NCBI GenBank assembly: GCA_964618855.1
Contig: CAZUCD010000001.1
Location: forward strand, 1 to 55,027
Direction of reading: 5' to 3'
Source of the DNA: an uncultured Candidatus Sumerlaeota bacterium
GTDB taxonomy: Bacteria > Sumerlaeota > Sumerlaeia > SLMS01 > JANRJK01
Length of the DNA stretch: 55,027 nt
Every line of letters starts with the position of its first letter. Within the stretch, counting starts at the first letter, position 1. A program made the translations under genes and the position numbers. The notes under the pieces are model-generated. The model ran no database searches. It had not been told where the DNA came from and saw only the letters and a list, made by a program, of their open reading frames with translations. Shown piece by piece: positions 37,179 to 46,600 of the stretch.

Positions 37179-38660
37179 ATGCGCAAGCTCGCATCCTTCA
37201 AGGCCGCCCTCGTCGCGGCGGCCCTCGCCCTCTCAGCGGCAACCGCAAGTGCGGAATCCCTCAGGGACCGCCTTGTCGTGCACAAGCTCGCGAACGGGAT
37301 GACGGTCCTGATCTATCCGCGCGGCGACGCGCCCGTGTTCGCGGCGACCATGAGCATGGACGTCGCCGGCAGCGACGAGCTCTCAGGTGAGGGCGGGGTC
37401 GCCCACATGTTCGAGCACATGGCATTCAAGGGCTCGCACATCCTCGGCACGACGAACTACGAGGCCGAGAAGCCCCTCATGGAGGCGATGGACGCCGCCG
37501 CCGAGGAGGCGCGCGCCGAGATGTCCAAGACCGAACCCGACATGGCGAAGGTCGAGGCATTGCGCGAACGCATCCGCCAATTGCAGGAGGAGCAGGCGCA
37601 GTACATCGTCAAGGATGAGCTCGACCTCATCCTCCAGCGCAACGGCGCCTCGGGCGTCAACGCGAGCACCAGCTCCGACTTCACGAACTACTACACGGAA
37701 CTCCCCTCCAATCGGCTCGAGCTCTACTTCTGGCTCGAGGCCCAGCGCATGAGGTACCCCGTCATGCGCGAGTTCTACAGCGAGCGCGACGTCGTCGTGG
37801 AGGAGCGCCGCCAGCGCACCGACGACAGCCCGTTCGGCGCCCTCTACGAGGCCTTCCTGACGACGGCCTTCGCCGCGCATCCCTATGGACGCCCTGTCAT
37901 CGGATGGGCCAGCGAGATCACGACCGTCACACGGCCCATGGCGGAGGACTTCCGCATCAGGCACTACGGCCCCAAGGCCGCCGTGCTCGCGATCGTCGGC
38001 AAGGTCGACCCGCAGGAGGTAATCGCGCTCGCGGACAAGTACTTCGCGGACTGGGACGCACCCGGCGCCCCCTCGCGCGTCGTCACCAAGGAGCCCCCGC
38101 AGCGCGGCGAGCGCCGCGTGGCCGTCAAGTTCGACGCCGAACCGCAGCTCATGATCGGCTGGCAGAAGCCCGCCGGCCCCTCGCGCGACGACATGGCGCT
38201 CCAGATCTTCAGCATGCTCGCCACCGACAACACCACATCCCCCCTCTACAAGGACCTTGTCGTGGACCGGAAGATCGCCACGAACATCGGCTCCTACACC
38301 GGCCCCGGGGAGAAGTACGAGGGCCTATTCATCATCTCGGCGACACCACGCGCCCCCCACACCGTCGCGGAACTCGAGGCCGCCATCGACGAGTCGCTTG
38401 CCCGCGTGCTGGAGAACGGGTTCACGGACGAGGAACTGGAACGCGCCCGCCGCAGCATCGAAATGTACTACATCCGGACGAGACGCTCCAACTCCTCCTT
38501 CGCGACCACCCTGGCGGAGACTACCAACCTGCGCAAGAACCCCTACGCCTTCGAGGATGAAATGAAGGTGGCCCTCGCCATCACGCGCGACGACGTCATC
38601 GCAGCGGCGCGAAAGTACCTCACCAAGGACACCAGGACGGTGGCGTGGATTGAGAAGTAG
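37179..38660 (+). CDS. M16-family (pitrilysin/insulinase) zinc peptidase, secreted
   Basis: Signal peptide, plus the inverted zinc motif HxxEH in GVAHMFEHMAFKGS. Confidence 0.92.
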   Translation: MRKLASFKAALVAAALALSAATASAESLRDRLVVHKLANGMTVLIYPRGDAPVFAATMSMDVAGSDELSGEGGVAHMFEHMAFKGSHILGTTNYEAEKPLMEAMDAAAEEARAEMSKTEPDMAKVEALRERIRQLQEEQAQYIVKDELDLILQRNGASGVNASTSSDFTNYYTELPSNRLELYFWLEAQRMRYPVMREFYSERDVVVEERRQRTDDSPFGALYEAFLTTAFAAHPYGRPVIGWASEITTVTRPMAEDFRIRHYGPKAAVLAIVGKVDPQEVIALADKYFADWDAPGAPSRVVTKEPPQRGERRVAVKFDAEPQLMIGWQKPAGPSRDDMALQIFSMLATDNTTSPLYKDLVVDRKIATNIGSYTGPGEKYEGLFIISATPRAPHTVAELEAAIDESLARVLENGFTDEELERARRSIEMYYIRTRRSNSSFATTLAETTNLRKNPYAFEDEMKVALAITRDDVIAAARKYLTKDTRTVAWIEK

Positions 38661-38785
38661 GACCAGGGCTTGATTTCAACCACGTCGGGTATCTCGTAAG
38701 GGTTGAGGTCGCCTCCTCGGAAGGATGGCTTTGGGAGTCGTCGTCTCGCCGCATCCAAGCGCCGACGGCACCCCGAACCGGACTC

Positions 38786-39535
38786 GTGTCGAGCCTGTGC
38801 TTCGGGATTCGATCTGTGAGCCGCCGAGATGGTGTTTTCCTTTCACTCGCCGACCCCCGCATCATCACCGGCCTGAAGTCCCTCTGGTTTCCGCCTTCCA
38901 TGCCGGCGGTTCCTGGGCTTCGACACGCAGAGTGCATGAGCCCGATGACCCTCGGAGCCCCAATCCTGTCACCGGACCGGATGCAGTTGCGCCACTTGGT
39001 GATGTTTGCGGCCTGGGAAAGCGAGTACGCGATCGATGGCTTCCTGGCCACCAAGGGGCTCGGTCGCTCATTTGCTGACGGTTGGCACGTCCGGATGGAG
39101 TTCCTGCGCCGCTGGGGGCGTGTCAGAGAGTTCGATGGGCTAGAAGAACCGGCCGGGGAGCAGGACCCCGAGGCCCCCGTGGTGGCGGTGACGCTGGCTC
39201 GTTTGAAGCTGCTCCAAGTTCCGCGGTTCATTCGCTGGGGGAAGACGGTCGAGGAACTCGTGAGGGACCATCCCGGCAAGACGCTGGCAACTGCGGCAAT
39301 CCGGCTTCCCAGAACCGTCTGCACCTTTTCGATGTGGTCCTCGCAACTGGTGATGCTCTCCATGGTGCGAGGAGACAACGCCGTGCCCGGTTCCGACCGC
39401 CATGCGGCGGCGATGAAGGAGCGTCAGCGACTGGACTTCCACTCGGAGCTTACAACCCTCCGGTTCAGGCCGCTGGCCGAGTACGGAAACCGGGACCTTC
39501 CGGAGAGAATCACCAATATGTCGGACGCGAAGTGA
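38786..39535 (+). CDS. CrtA-like protein (family usually auto-annotated as 'spheroidene monooxygenase'; real function unknown)
   Basis: From memory of the family pattern: AAWESE..IDGFL, GWHVRMEFLR, PVVAVTLARLKL, CTFSMWSS...M, HAAAMK, F.ELTTLRFRP. The start is GTG. The codon usage is visibly less GC3-biased than in neighbouring genes. Confidence 0.68.
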   Translation: MSSLCFGIRSVSRRDGVFLSLADPRIITGLKSLWFPPSMPAVPGLRHAECMSPMTLGAPILSPDRMQLRHLVMFAAWESEYAIDGFLATKGLGRSFADGWHVRMEFLRRWGRVREFDGLEEPAGEQDPEAPVVAVTLARLKLLQVPRFIRWGKTVEELVRDHPGKTLATAAIRLPRTVCTFSMWSSQLVMLSMVRGDNAVPGSDRHAAAMKERQRLDFHSELTTLRFRPLAEYGNRDLPERITNMSDAK

Positions 39536-39724
39536 AACGCTCCCGCCGAGGTAGGGGGAGCGACGCGCTTCCGCTTCCGGCGATTCAGACAGCTTTGTCC
39601 GGACGCGATCCGCGGCGCAAAGTCGCTCTGTCGGGCAGTTTGGTCTGACGATCCATGATAGTGGTCCGGCGGTCCCCTTCTCCTCTCCTGGCGGAAAGGG
39701 GATCGGGTGCGTATCCAGTCAGGT

Positions 39725-42013
39725 TCAGCGCGCGTTCGTTCCGCCGACCTCCGACGTGCCATGCACTGGTTCCGATCCTTCGTTTGTCCCCCCCATCCTC
39801 ACCCCTCCCGCGTGGTTCGGCACTTGGAAGCAGTGCGCTTGATACTCGATCTCCGTCCACTGCTGGGGCTGGAGGGACAAACCCGGCATGAGCGGCCGAT
39901 TCACAGGGCGGAACCGAATCCCGACGCGAAGTTTGCTCTTCCCGCGGGTCAGCTCCAGCGGCAGCAGAAACTCATCCTCAACAAACCGTCGGTTCGATGT
40001 CTGGAGGACAGGGTCGGGTGGCGAAAGCTCCGTCGCCGGCCAGGTTCCGTAACCGAGAGTTGACCCCGCCGTGTACCAGAAGCCCGCCGAGGTCCAGCCG
40101 GGGCCGGGGGGAAGGCCCACAACCCCCGGATGGTCCGCCACGAAGACCTCCCCGCGCTGGTTCGGGTACTGGTAGTCCAGCGTCCGCCTTAGCATCACGC
40201 CCTGGTTCCCGGGGTCGATGCCCAGCGTGAAAGCCGATCCGGTCCCCGTGCGCCGCGCCGTCTCGGCGTGCGCCGGGTAAACCTCGACGCCCTGGACAGT
40301 GTCGGGCCCCCAGTCGAACCGCGACACGATCGTGTAGGGTTGGGTGGCCGAACTTATCTGGTATTGGTGCGCCGCCTCGCTTGCCGGGTTCCCGACGTCC
40401 AGCGTGTCCGTCCGCACGAGCGACGGCTGCGGCACCCCGTACCAGTAGGTGACCGTCTCGTAGGCGCCGGGCTGCATGTTGTCCACCCCGTGCTCGAAGT
40501 GGAGGACGGCGCGATCCCCGAACGGCATCACATCCGCGAGCAGGAAGCGGTAGGCGGACTGTATGAGGTCCTGCGGCCCGCTGGCCGTCCACGGAAACTC
40601 GCAGCCGACGGGATGCCCCGCGAGGGGAAGCGTCACGCGCTCCCTCCACCAGCCGTCCCCGCCCCCTGCCCACTCCTCGGTTCCGGTGCCCTGCACCTGC
40701 GGGGTGCGCGCCCCGTCGAAGTAGAACCTCGGGTCCCCTTCGGTGGGCTCGTAGAGCCCGTCCTTCGCAAACGTGAAGGTTGTGCCCGCGATGTGGCCCG
40801 ACCAGTGGTCGTGTCCCTCGACCCCTCGCGTGTCCAGGAAGACGACATGCTCGCGCGGAACGGTTTCGGGATGATCCCGGTGCGTGGCGTGGAACAAACC
40901 CGCATGCCTCGGGTTCATGCCGAGGGGTCCCTGCCTGATCGACCATTGGACGCCCGGAATGGCTTCACTCCCGGGGTTCACCAGTTCGACCAGGGCCCGC
41001 CGATGAAACGGCATGGGGAAGTAGCATGACAGGTGGACGCGTCCGCCAGCGTACCTGACCGAGACGGGCAGCGCCTTCACCAGCCACTCGCGACCATCGT
41101 CATTGTAGATCGTCCCCACTCCGAAGAACAGGTCGATGGGTGCGTCCACGGACGGCTGCCGCGCGCCGTCCCACGTGATTCGGATGCGTGCCCGCCCCAG
41201 TCGTTGCGCATCGGCCTCCGGCACCGAGAGGTTGATCGCGCGGATCATGGACGGCCCCGAGCCAAGACTGGCCAACAGGTTCCGACCCGGTGCGAGGCTG
41301 AGTGCACCGCCCGTGCCGGTGATGCCCGCCGCGGCCGCCTCCGGAGTGCCAACCGACGGAACCAGGTCGCTTCCCGCGCTCGAAAGCAGGTCGAGAACCC
41401 GTTGGTCCGGTGGGGATGGCTGCCACGACTCGAGCGGCCTCGAGAGAGGGACGCCCGGCGCAAACCGCGTGTAGATGTAGTAACCCGTACCATAGAAGGT
41501 CCGCTCGTACTCCATCCGGAAGGAGCTGGCGAACGGCATCGGCACCCAAGTCAGGTTCGCCCCGCGCGTCACCGGCCAGGGAAGTGCAAGGGGCTGTGCA
41601 AAGATGCTCGCGGGCAGGAACACCGAGCCGTAGTCGGGCTCGTTCGGATTCGCCGTGCTGGTGTCCTCCACGACGTGGTCGACGCCATCGACCACGAAGT
41701 GCCACGGGCTGCCATGCCAGCGGTTGAACCGCGCGAACCACAGGATGCCGGGACCCTCCACGTCGAGCGTGACGTGCCTGTCCGGGGCGAGCATGTAGAG
41801 GAAGTGGCTAGCGTCGGAGCCCTCGTTATGGCCGGCGCGGTCCCACGTGCTTCGCAGCCACGTCCGCGCGCCGATCCTGAGCTGGGGCCACTTGTCCCAG
41901 TGGATGTAGGCGTCCTCCCCGATGGGGATGGTCGGGAGGTCCCCGGCGGGGGAGACTGCCGGCAGCCATGCGGCCATCAACGCGGCAAGCCCGGCCAGGA
42001 AGCGGGTTCTCAT
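39725..42013 (-). CDS. DUF2961 (GH172-like) domain protein, secreted
   Basis: Signal MRTRFLAGLAALMAAWLPAVSPA. DUF2961-style blocks follow (VEGPGILWFARF, FYGTGYYIYTRF, and a second beta-jelly-roll region). ATG at 42013 was verified. Confidence 0.82.
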   Translation of the reverse strand: MRTRFLAGLAALMAAWLPAVSPAGDLPTIPIGEDAYIHWDKWPQLRIGARTWLRSTWDRAGHNEGSDASHFLYMLAPDRHVTLDVEGPGILWFARFNRWHGSPWHFVVDGVDHVVEDTSTANPNEPDYGSVFLPASIFAQPLALPWPVTRGANLTWVPMPFASSFRMEYERTFYGTGYYIYTRFAPGVPLSRPLESWQPSPPDQRVLDLLSSAGSDLVPSVGTPEAAAAGITGTGGALSLAPGRNLLASLGSGPSMIRAINLSVPEADAQRLGRARIRITWDGARQPSVDAPIDLFFGVGTIYNDDGREWLVKALPVSVRYAGGRVHLSCYFPMPFHRRALVELVNPGSEAIPGVQWSIRQGPLGMNPRHAGLFHATHRDHPETVPREHVVFLDTRGVEGHDHWSGHIAGTTFTFAKDGLYEPTEGDPRFYFDGARTPQVQGTGTEEWAGGGDGWWRERVTLPLAGHPVGCEFPWTASGPQDLIQSAYRFLLADVMPFGDRAVLHFEHGVDNMQPGAYETVTYWYGVPQPSLVRTDTLDVGNPASEAAHQYQISSATQPYTIVSRFDWGPDTVQGVEVYPAHAETARRTGTGSAFTLGIDPGNQGVMLRRTLDYQYPNQRGEVFVADHPGVVGLPPGPGWTSAGFWYTAGSTLGYGTWPATELSPPDPVLQTSNRRFVEDEFLLPLELTRGKSKLRVGIRFRPVNRPLMPGLSLQPQQWTEIEYQAHCFQVPNHAGGVRMGGTNEGSEPVHGTSEVGGTNAR

Positions 42014-42304
42014 GGAGTGGAGACGATGCACACCAATAGCGCTGCGTCCAGTCCGACCCCCGTGGCCATCAAGTTCGCGCACTTCCCGGACCCTCCCGCA
42101 CGCTCATGCCGGTCATGAGGCCGAAACTTACATTCTGCGGTTCGAACCGGCGAGTGTTGCCACGCATCCCGGGGATTGCCGGTTTGGGGGCGCACCCAAC
42201 CCTGCATTGCGCGGGGCTTGCGGCCCGGCCAGCGCCAACCTAGCGTGGTCCCGTCACTTCGAGTTCAGGCAAACCCAGTCCGTCCCCCGGGGAGCAAGAG
42301 CGCC

Positions 42305-44041
42305 ATGAAACGCCAGTTGGCATTCATCGCGGCCATCGCCGCCTCCGCAGTCCTCACTACAGCATGCGCAGGCGGAAACAACTTCCGCGTGATGGAAAAG
42401 CGCTCACAGCACCAGCCCATCCCCGTCCGTGCGATCGTGACGGACTTCCAGGACGAACGCGGCTTCAAGGTGGAGGCCAGCAGCGGCCTCATCATGGTCC
42501 CACTCGTCCCATTCTCGCCCTACCGCTACGAGCGCAATGACGAGCTGTTCAAGGGCGCCGTCGACCCGTTCCGCCAGTCGCTCGCGAAGAACTTCGCCAA
42601 GCGCCTCTCCGACGCTGGCCTGTTCGAGAGCGTCCAATATGCACCGGATGACGCCAAGCCACCCCGCGGCGAGTACGACGTCGAGCTGAAGACGCGCATG
42701 GTGAAGCTCGACGCCAAGGGGGGTAAAACCCGCTTCGGGCTGTCATTCCTCGGCGACATCCTGTGGTACCTCGGCATCCCCTACTACAGCCGCCGATGGG
42801 ACGCGGAGATGGAGTTCCAACTCGTTGACGGCTACTCCGGCGAACCCGTGGGCGAGCCGGTCCAGATGAAGCATGTGACGGGGCGCCGCGTGTACACGAT
42901 CTACGGCAGCCTTTCCGCCTTCAAGGACCTGTTCTCGAAGTCCGAGTACCTCTGGGACGGGTACGTTGATTCGGCATGGAAGAACCTCGACGCGCCCGAC
43001 AGCGCGAAATGGGCTTCCCTCAGGGAGGAGGGCCAGAAGCGCCTCGCGGCCGAGGCCCGGGATGCGCAGCAGATCAAGCAGGGCAGCCCGCCGGTGTTCT
43101 CCCTCCTTTCCCCAACCGACGGTGCAAACGTGCGTGGCGGGACGACCACGATCCGCTGGAGCGCCACGGCCCCGGGCCGCCTGAAGCAGGCGACCGTCGC
43201 CGTGAACAACCAGCCCGTCGACATCGGCCTCAACGCAATCCAGCTCGCCGACCCGGACAACGCTCCGCTGTCCGTTCCGGCGACCGAGGTCCCCGTTTCC
43301 CTCAAGCTCGGCCCGAACAGGATCGACACGCTCCTCATCGATCACCGCGGCAACCGCACCACGGGCTCATTCACGATCAACCGCCTTCCCGGCGAGCTCT
43401 TCCCCGCGACGCGCAAGGGCCTGCTCATCGGCGGGGACACGGATGCCGCGCGCGCCAGCGTGGACAAGCTGGCGGGCGTGCTGGGCGACATGCAGCTCGG
43501 ACAGTTCCCGCAGGGTGCCCTCACCAAGGTCTCCGCATCCTCGCTCTCCTCGGGCGAGGTGCTCGGCGCCGTGTCGAAGTTCGGCGCCAACCTCCGTTCC
43601 GGCGAACTCGCCTTCATCTACGTGGCGGGCCGGGGCAACGGCGACGCCCTCACGCTCGGCGGGGGAGACCTCTCCCTCGAGTCCCTCGTGAGTTCCGTGC
43701 GCGCCTCGCTCCCGACGGACGAGGTCATACTCATCCTGGACATCGACTGGGAGGGCGGCGCGGGCGGCGAAGCCATCGCGGACCGGATCGGCGACGTGCC
43801 GTCGCGGTGGGCCTTCGTGACTTCATCGGAAGCCCCGGCCCCCGGAAGCACCAAGGGAGGCATGACGCTCCTTGGCGACTCGATTGCGGGCGTGTTCGAG
43901 GGACGCGGCGGCAGGGAGGCACGCGTCTCGCTCGAGCGGCTGCTCGACGACACGGTGACCGCGGTCACCTCCAATGGTGGAGCGGCGCCCGGCGTGTCGG
44001 GCCGCTACAACACCAGCATCACGATGATCCAGCGCGAATGA
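42305..44041 (+). CDS. Lipoprotein: N-terminal lipoprotein domain, Ig-like domain, and C-terminal caspase-fold domain lacking the catalytic dyad
   Basis: MKRQLAFIAAIAASAVLTTAC is a signal with lipobox. The Ig-like segment is SPTDGANVRGGTTTIRWSA.... For the C-terminal caspase-like pattern see the finding at 43412-44011. Confidence 0.8.
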   Translation: MKRQLAFIAAIAASAVLTTACAGGNNFRVMEKRSQHQPIPVRAIVTDFQDERGFKVEASSGLIMVPLVPFSPYRYERNDELFKGAVDPFRQSLAKNFAKRLSDAGLFESVQYAPDDAKPPRGEYDVELKTRMVKLDAKGGKTRFGLSFLGDILWYLGIPYYSRRWDAEMEFQLVDGYSGEPVGEPVQMKHVTGRRVYTIYGSLSAFKDLFSKSEYLWDGYVDSAWKNLDAPDSAKWASLREEGQKRLAAEARDAQQIKQGSPPVFSLLSPTDGANVRGGTTTIRWSATAPGRLKQATVAVNNQPVDIGLNAIQLADPDNAPLSVPATEVPVSLKLGPNRIDTLLIDHRGNRTTGSFTINRLPGELFPATRKGLLIGGDTDAARASVDKLAGVLGDMQLGQFPQGALTKVSASSLSSGEVLGAVSKFGANLRSGELAFIYVAGRGNGDALTLGGGDLSLESLVSSVRASLPTDEVILILDIDWEGGAGGEAIADRIGDVPSRWAFVTSSEAPAPGSTKGGMTLLGDSIAGVFEGRGGREARVSLERLLDDTVTAVTSNGGAAPGVSGRYNTSITMIQRE

Positions 44042-44121
44042 CTTCCCGGCGCCCCCCGCCGCGCGAGCGGCTGGGGGCGCCCCCTCTCCCCAGATTTCCG
44101 ATCAACAGGGTCCCGCATCAC

Positions 44122-45375
44122 ATGAGCCGCATCGCAAAGGTCGAGGACGCCATCGCCGCCATACGCGCGGGCAGGATCGTCATCGTCGTGGACGACGAGT
44201 CCCGCGAAAATGAAGGCGACTTCATCATGGCTGCCTCGCATGCCACGCCCGAGTCCGTGAACTTCATGGCGAAGCACGGACGCGGCCTGATCTGCGTCCC
44301 CACCACCACGGCCCGCCTGCGCGAGCTGCAGCTCGACGCGATGGTCCGCCACAACACAGCCCCCCATGGCACGAACTTCACCATCAGCGTCGATGCACTC
44401 GGCGTTGCCACGGGCATCTCGGCCAGCGATCGCGCCCTCACCATCCGCAAGTTCGTCGAGGATGCGACCCGCCCGGAGGACCTCCTTCGTCCGGGGCACA
44501 TCTTCCCGCTGGAAGCCAAGGACGGAGGCGTCCTTGTCCGCGCCGGGCACACCGAGGCCACCGTGGACCTCGCGCGCCTCGCCGGCCTTCCACCCGTGGG
44601 CGTCCTGTGCGAGATTCTGAACGACGACGGCACCATGGCGCGGCTCCCCGAACTCGAGCGCGTCGCCGAGCAGCACGATCTCCTCATCCTCACCATCGCG
44701 GACCTCATCGAGTACCGGACCCGTACCGAGAACCTCGTCCGGCGGATCGTGTCCACGGAGATTCCGAATCCGTTCGGAACCTGGACGCTGCACCTCTACG
44801 AGAACTCGCTGAACGGGGAGGAGATCATCGCCCTGGTTCTCGGCCAGCCCGAGGCGCAGGACAGCGCGCTCATCCGCGTGCACAGCAAGTGCTTCACGGG
44901 CGACACGCTGCTTTCGCGACGCTGCGACTGCGGCCCGCAGCTCATGACCGCCATGGAGCGCATCGCGGCGGAGGGGCACGGCGTGATCCTCTACATGGAC
45001 CACGAGGGACGGGGGATCGGCCTGAGGGCAAAGCTCATGGCCTACAACCTCCAGCGCCAGGGCATGGACACGGTCGAGGCGAACAAGGCGCTCGGCTACG
45101 GCGCGGACCTGCGGGAGTACGGCATCGGCGTGCAGATACTGGCGGACCTCGGCCTGCGCCGCATCCGCATCATGTCCAACAATCCCAAGAAGATCGTGGG
45201 CATTGGCGGATTCGGTATCGAGGTCGTCGGGCGCGTGCCCCTGGTGGCAGGGCACACCGACGTCAACGACGCGTACCTGCGCGCAAAGGCGGCAAAGATG
45301 GGGCACCTGCTCGACTTCAGCACCGGCACTGCGCGTCCCGCCCAGGACGCGACTTCCACGAAGGTCGCCTCCTGA
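44122..45375 (+). CDS. ribBA: Bifunctional 3,4-dihydroxy-2-butanone-4-phosphate synthase / GTP cyclohydrolase II
   Basis: The RibB part has VVDDESRENEGDFIMAA and GHTEATVDLARLAG. The RibA part has VHSKCFTGDTLLSRRCDCG and MSNNPKK. ATG at 44122 was verified. Confidence 0.95.
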   Translation: MSRIAKVEDAIAAIRAGRIVIVVDDESRENEGDFIMAASHATPESVNFMAKHGRGLICVPTTTARLRELQLDAMVRHNTAPHGTNFTISVDALGVATGISASDRALTIRKFVEDATRPEDLLRPGHIFPLEAKDGGVLVRAGHTEATVDLARLAGLPPVGVLCEILNDDGTMARLPELERVAEQHDLLILTIADLIEYRTRTENLVRRIVSTEIPNPFGTWTLHLYENSLNGEEIIALVLGQPEAQDSALIRVHSKCFTGDTLLSRRCDCGPQLMTAMERIAAEGHGVILYMDHEGRGIGLRAKLMAYNLQRQGMDTVEANKALGYGADLREYGIGVQILADLGLRRIRIMSNNPKKIVGIGGFGIEVVGRVPLVAGHTDVNDAYLRAKAAKMGHLLDFSTGTARPAQDATSTKVAS

Positions 45376-46073
45376 TGAGTTCCTTCCTGATCATTGTCAT
45401 CCTGGTCGGCGCAACGGTGGTCGCCTGGATGTTCCTGACCAACACGAAGGGGGGTAGCTCGGCAGCCCCCCCGGAGCTCAAGGGGCCCGGTCCGCGCTCC
45501 CGCCACGAGGAGGCTTCCCCGGCCTTCACGTTCAAGATACGCGAGGCGCTCCAGACCGGCGGCGTCGCGGAGGCCGTGCGGATCTACGTGCTCGAGACGG
45601 GTGCCCCGGTGTCCGACGCATCAAAGATCATCACTGAGTTTCAGGCCGGCTCGAAGCTCGTGCGTTGGGCGCCGGCGGGAGACGGATCCGGGGCGAAGAA
45701 GACACCAACCGGCCAAGGCAGGGCGCCCGAGCCGACCGCCCCGAAGCTGGGCGTCGCGGATTACCTCCGGAAGGGGGACCGCGCCGCCGCCATTGCGCGC
45801 TACCGTGAGCTCTCAAACGCGGACGAGGCGCAGGCCGAACGCGCCGTGGCCATCCTCGAAAGGGAACTCGCATCCGACCTGCCGAGCGAGGTCCCTCCGG
45901 GGACCGAGGCCAATCCGCGCGAGTTGACCGAGGGCGAGAAGATCCACATTGCCAAGCTAATCATGGATGGCAAGCGCCTCGAAGCCGTGGACCGCGTGCG
46001 CCGCCTCACCGGGAAATCCATGGAGGCGTCGAGCAACACGGTCTCAGCCCTAGCCTCAAAGATACAGAATTGA
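45375..46073 (+). CDS. Membrane-anchored protein with three L7/L12-CTD-like repeats
   Basis: An N-terminal TM segment (MSSFLIIVILVGATVVAWMFL) is followed by 3 copies of a ~35-aa module (GGVAEAVRIYVLETGAPVSDASKII; DRAAAIARYRELSNADEAQAERAV; KRLEAVDRVRRLTGKSMEASSNTV). The ATG shares its A with the ribBA stop (TGATG at 45373-45377). Confidence 0.7.
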   Translation: MSSFLIIVILVGATVVAWMFLTNTKGGSSAAPPELKGPGPRSRHEEASPAFTFKIREALQTGGVAEAVRIYVLETGAPVSDASKIITEFQAGSKLVRWAPAGDGSGAKKTPTGQGRAPEPTAPKLGVADYLRKGDRAAAIARYRELSNADEAQAERAVAILERELASDLPSEVPPGTEANPRELTEGEKIHIAKLIMDGKRLEAVDRVRRLTGKSMEASSNTVSALASKIQN

Positions 46074-46134
46074 ACCGGCGCGTGCGGTGAATGCGCGGTC
46101 GCCTCGGGCGTAGGATTCACGGGACACTTCCACC

Positions 46135-46599
46135 ATGTCACAATCGCCAGCGGCAAACCTGCTCCCGGTCGCCCTCGTTCTAGCCTTCGCGGGGCTGGCG
46201 TTCGGATTCACCATAGCGGTCGTCGTCTCGGTGCTGAGGCGATCCGGCAAATCCCACGCGCGCCCCGTCCCACCGGGGATGAACCTCGAGGACGAGTGCT
46301 CCCGGGAGCTGGCGGCGCATGGCAAGCTCGCCGCCATCAAGCTCTACAGGGAACGCACGGGCTTTGGCCTGCGCGAGGCAAAGGACGCCATCGAGTTGAT
46401 TGAGGCGGCCGGAGCACCAGCCGGCGCATTGCCAAGTGTCGCCCCGGCGGAAGGAAACCCCACCGCGGCCGAGATCGGCAGACTGGTGGCCGCCGGCAGG
46501 AAGATCGAGGCGATCAAGCTCTACCGCGAGTCCACCGGCTGCGACCTGCGCGCGGCCAAGTCCGCCATCGATGCCGTGGAGGCGGGTCTGAAGCACTGA
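46135..46599 (+). CDS. Membrane-anchored protein with two L7/L12-CTD-like repeats
   Basis: A TM segment (LLPVALVLAFAGLAFGFTIAVVVSVL) is followed by GKLAAIKLYRERTGFGLREAKDAIELIE and RKIEAIKLYRESTGCDLRAAKSAIDAVE. Compare the ribosomal L7/L12 segment [24 protein letters not shown]. Confidence 0.75.
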   Translation: MSQSPAANLLPVALVLAFAGLAFGFTIAVVVSVLRRSGKSHARPVPPGMNLEDECSRELAAHGKLAAIKLYRERTGFGLREAKDAIELIEAAGAPAGALPSVAPAEGNPTAAEIGRLVAAGRKIEAIKLYRESTGCDLRAAKSAIDAVEAGLKH

Positions 46600-46600
46600 C

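Noticed and set aside
38620-39378. 252-aa minus-strand ORF opposite the CrtA-like gene.
   Set aside because: The translation is Ser/Arg/Pro-rich with no motifs. The plus-strand frame shows a family-like pattern along its whole length.
38661-39724. Mobile-element borders (inverted or direct repeats, integrase, tRNA target) around the low-GC3 island.
   Set aside because: Reading both flanks showed no terminal repeats and no mobility gene or tRNA. Only compositional evidence remains, which is reported as a finding rather than as a mobile element.
42976-44121. N-terminal 382 codons of the 799-aa ORF that contains ribBA.
   Set aside because: This part overlaps the lipoprotein gene in another frame and is R/P/G-rich. 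RibB homology starts exactly at the ATG at 44122. The same logic was used to trim the ORFs at 5108, 22247, 31379, 32955, 44607, 46834, 51153-52022 and 42176.
44042-44121. Possible FMN (RFN) riboswitch upstream of ribBA.
   Set aside because: Only 80 nt of spacer are available. The sequence (cttcccggcgccccccgccgcgcgagcgg...) shows none of the conserved RFN core segments I know.
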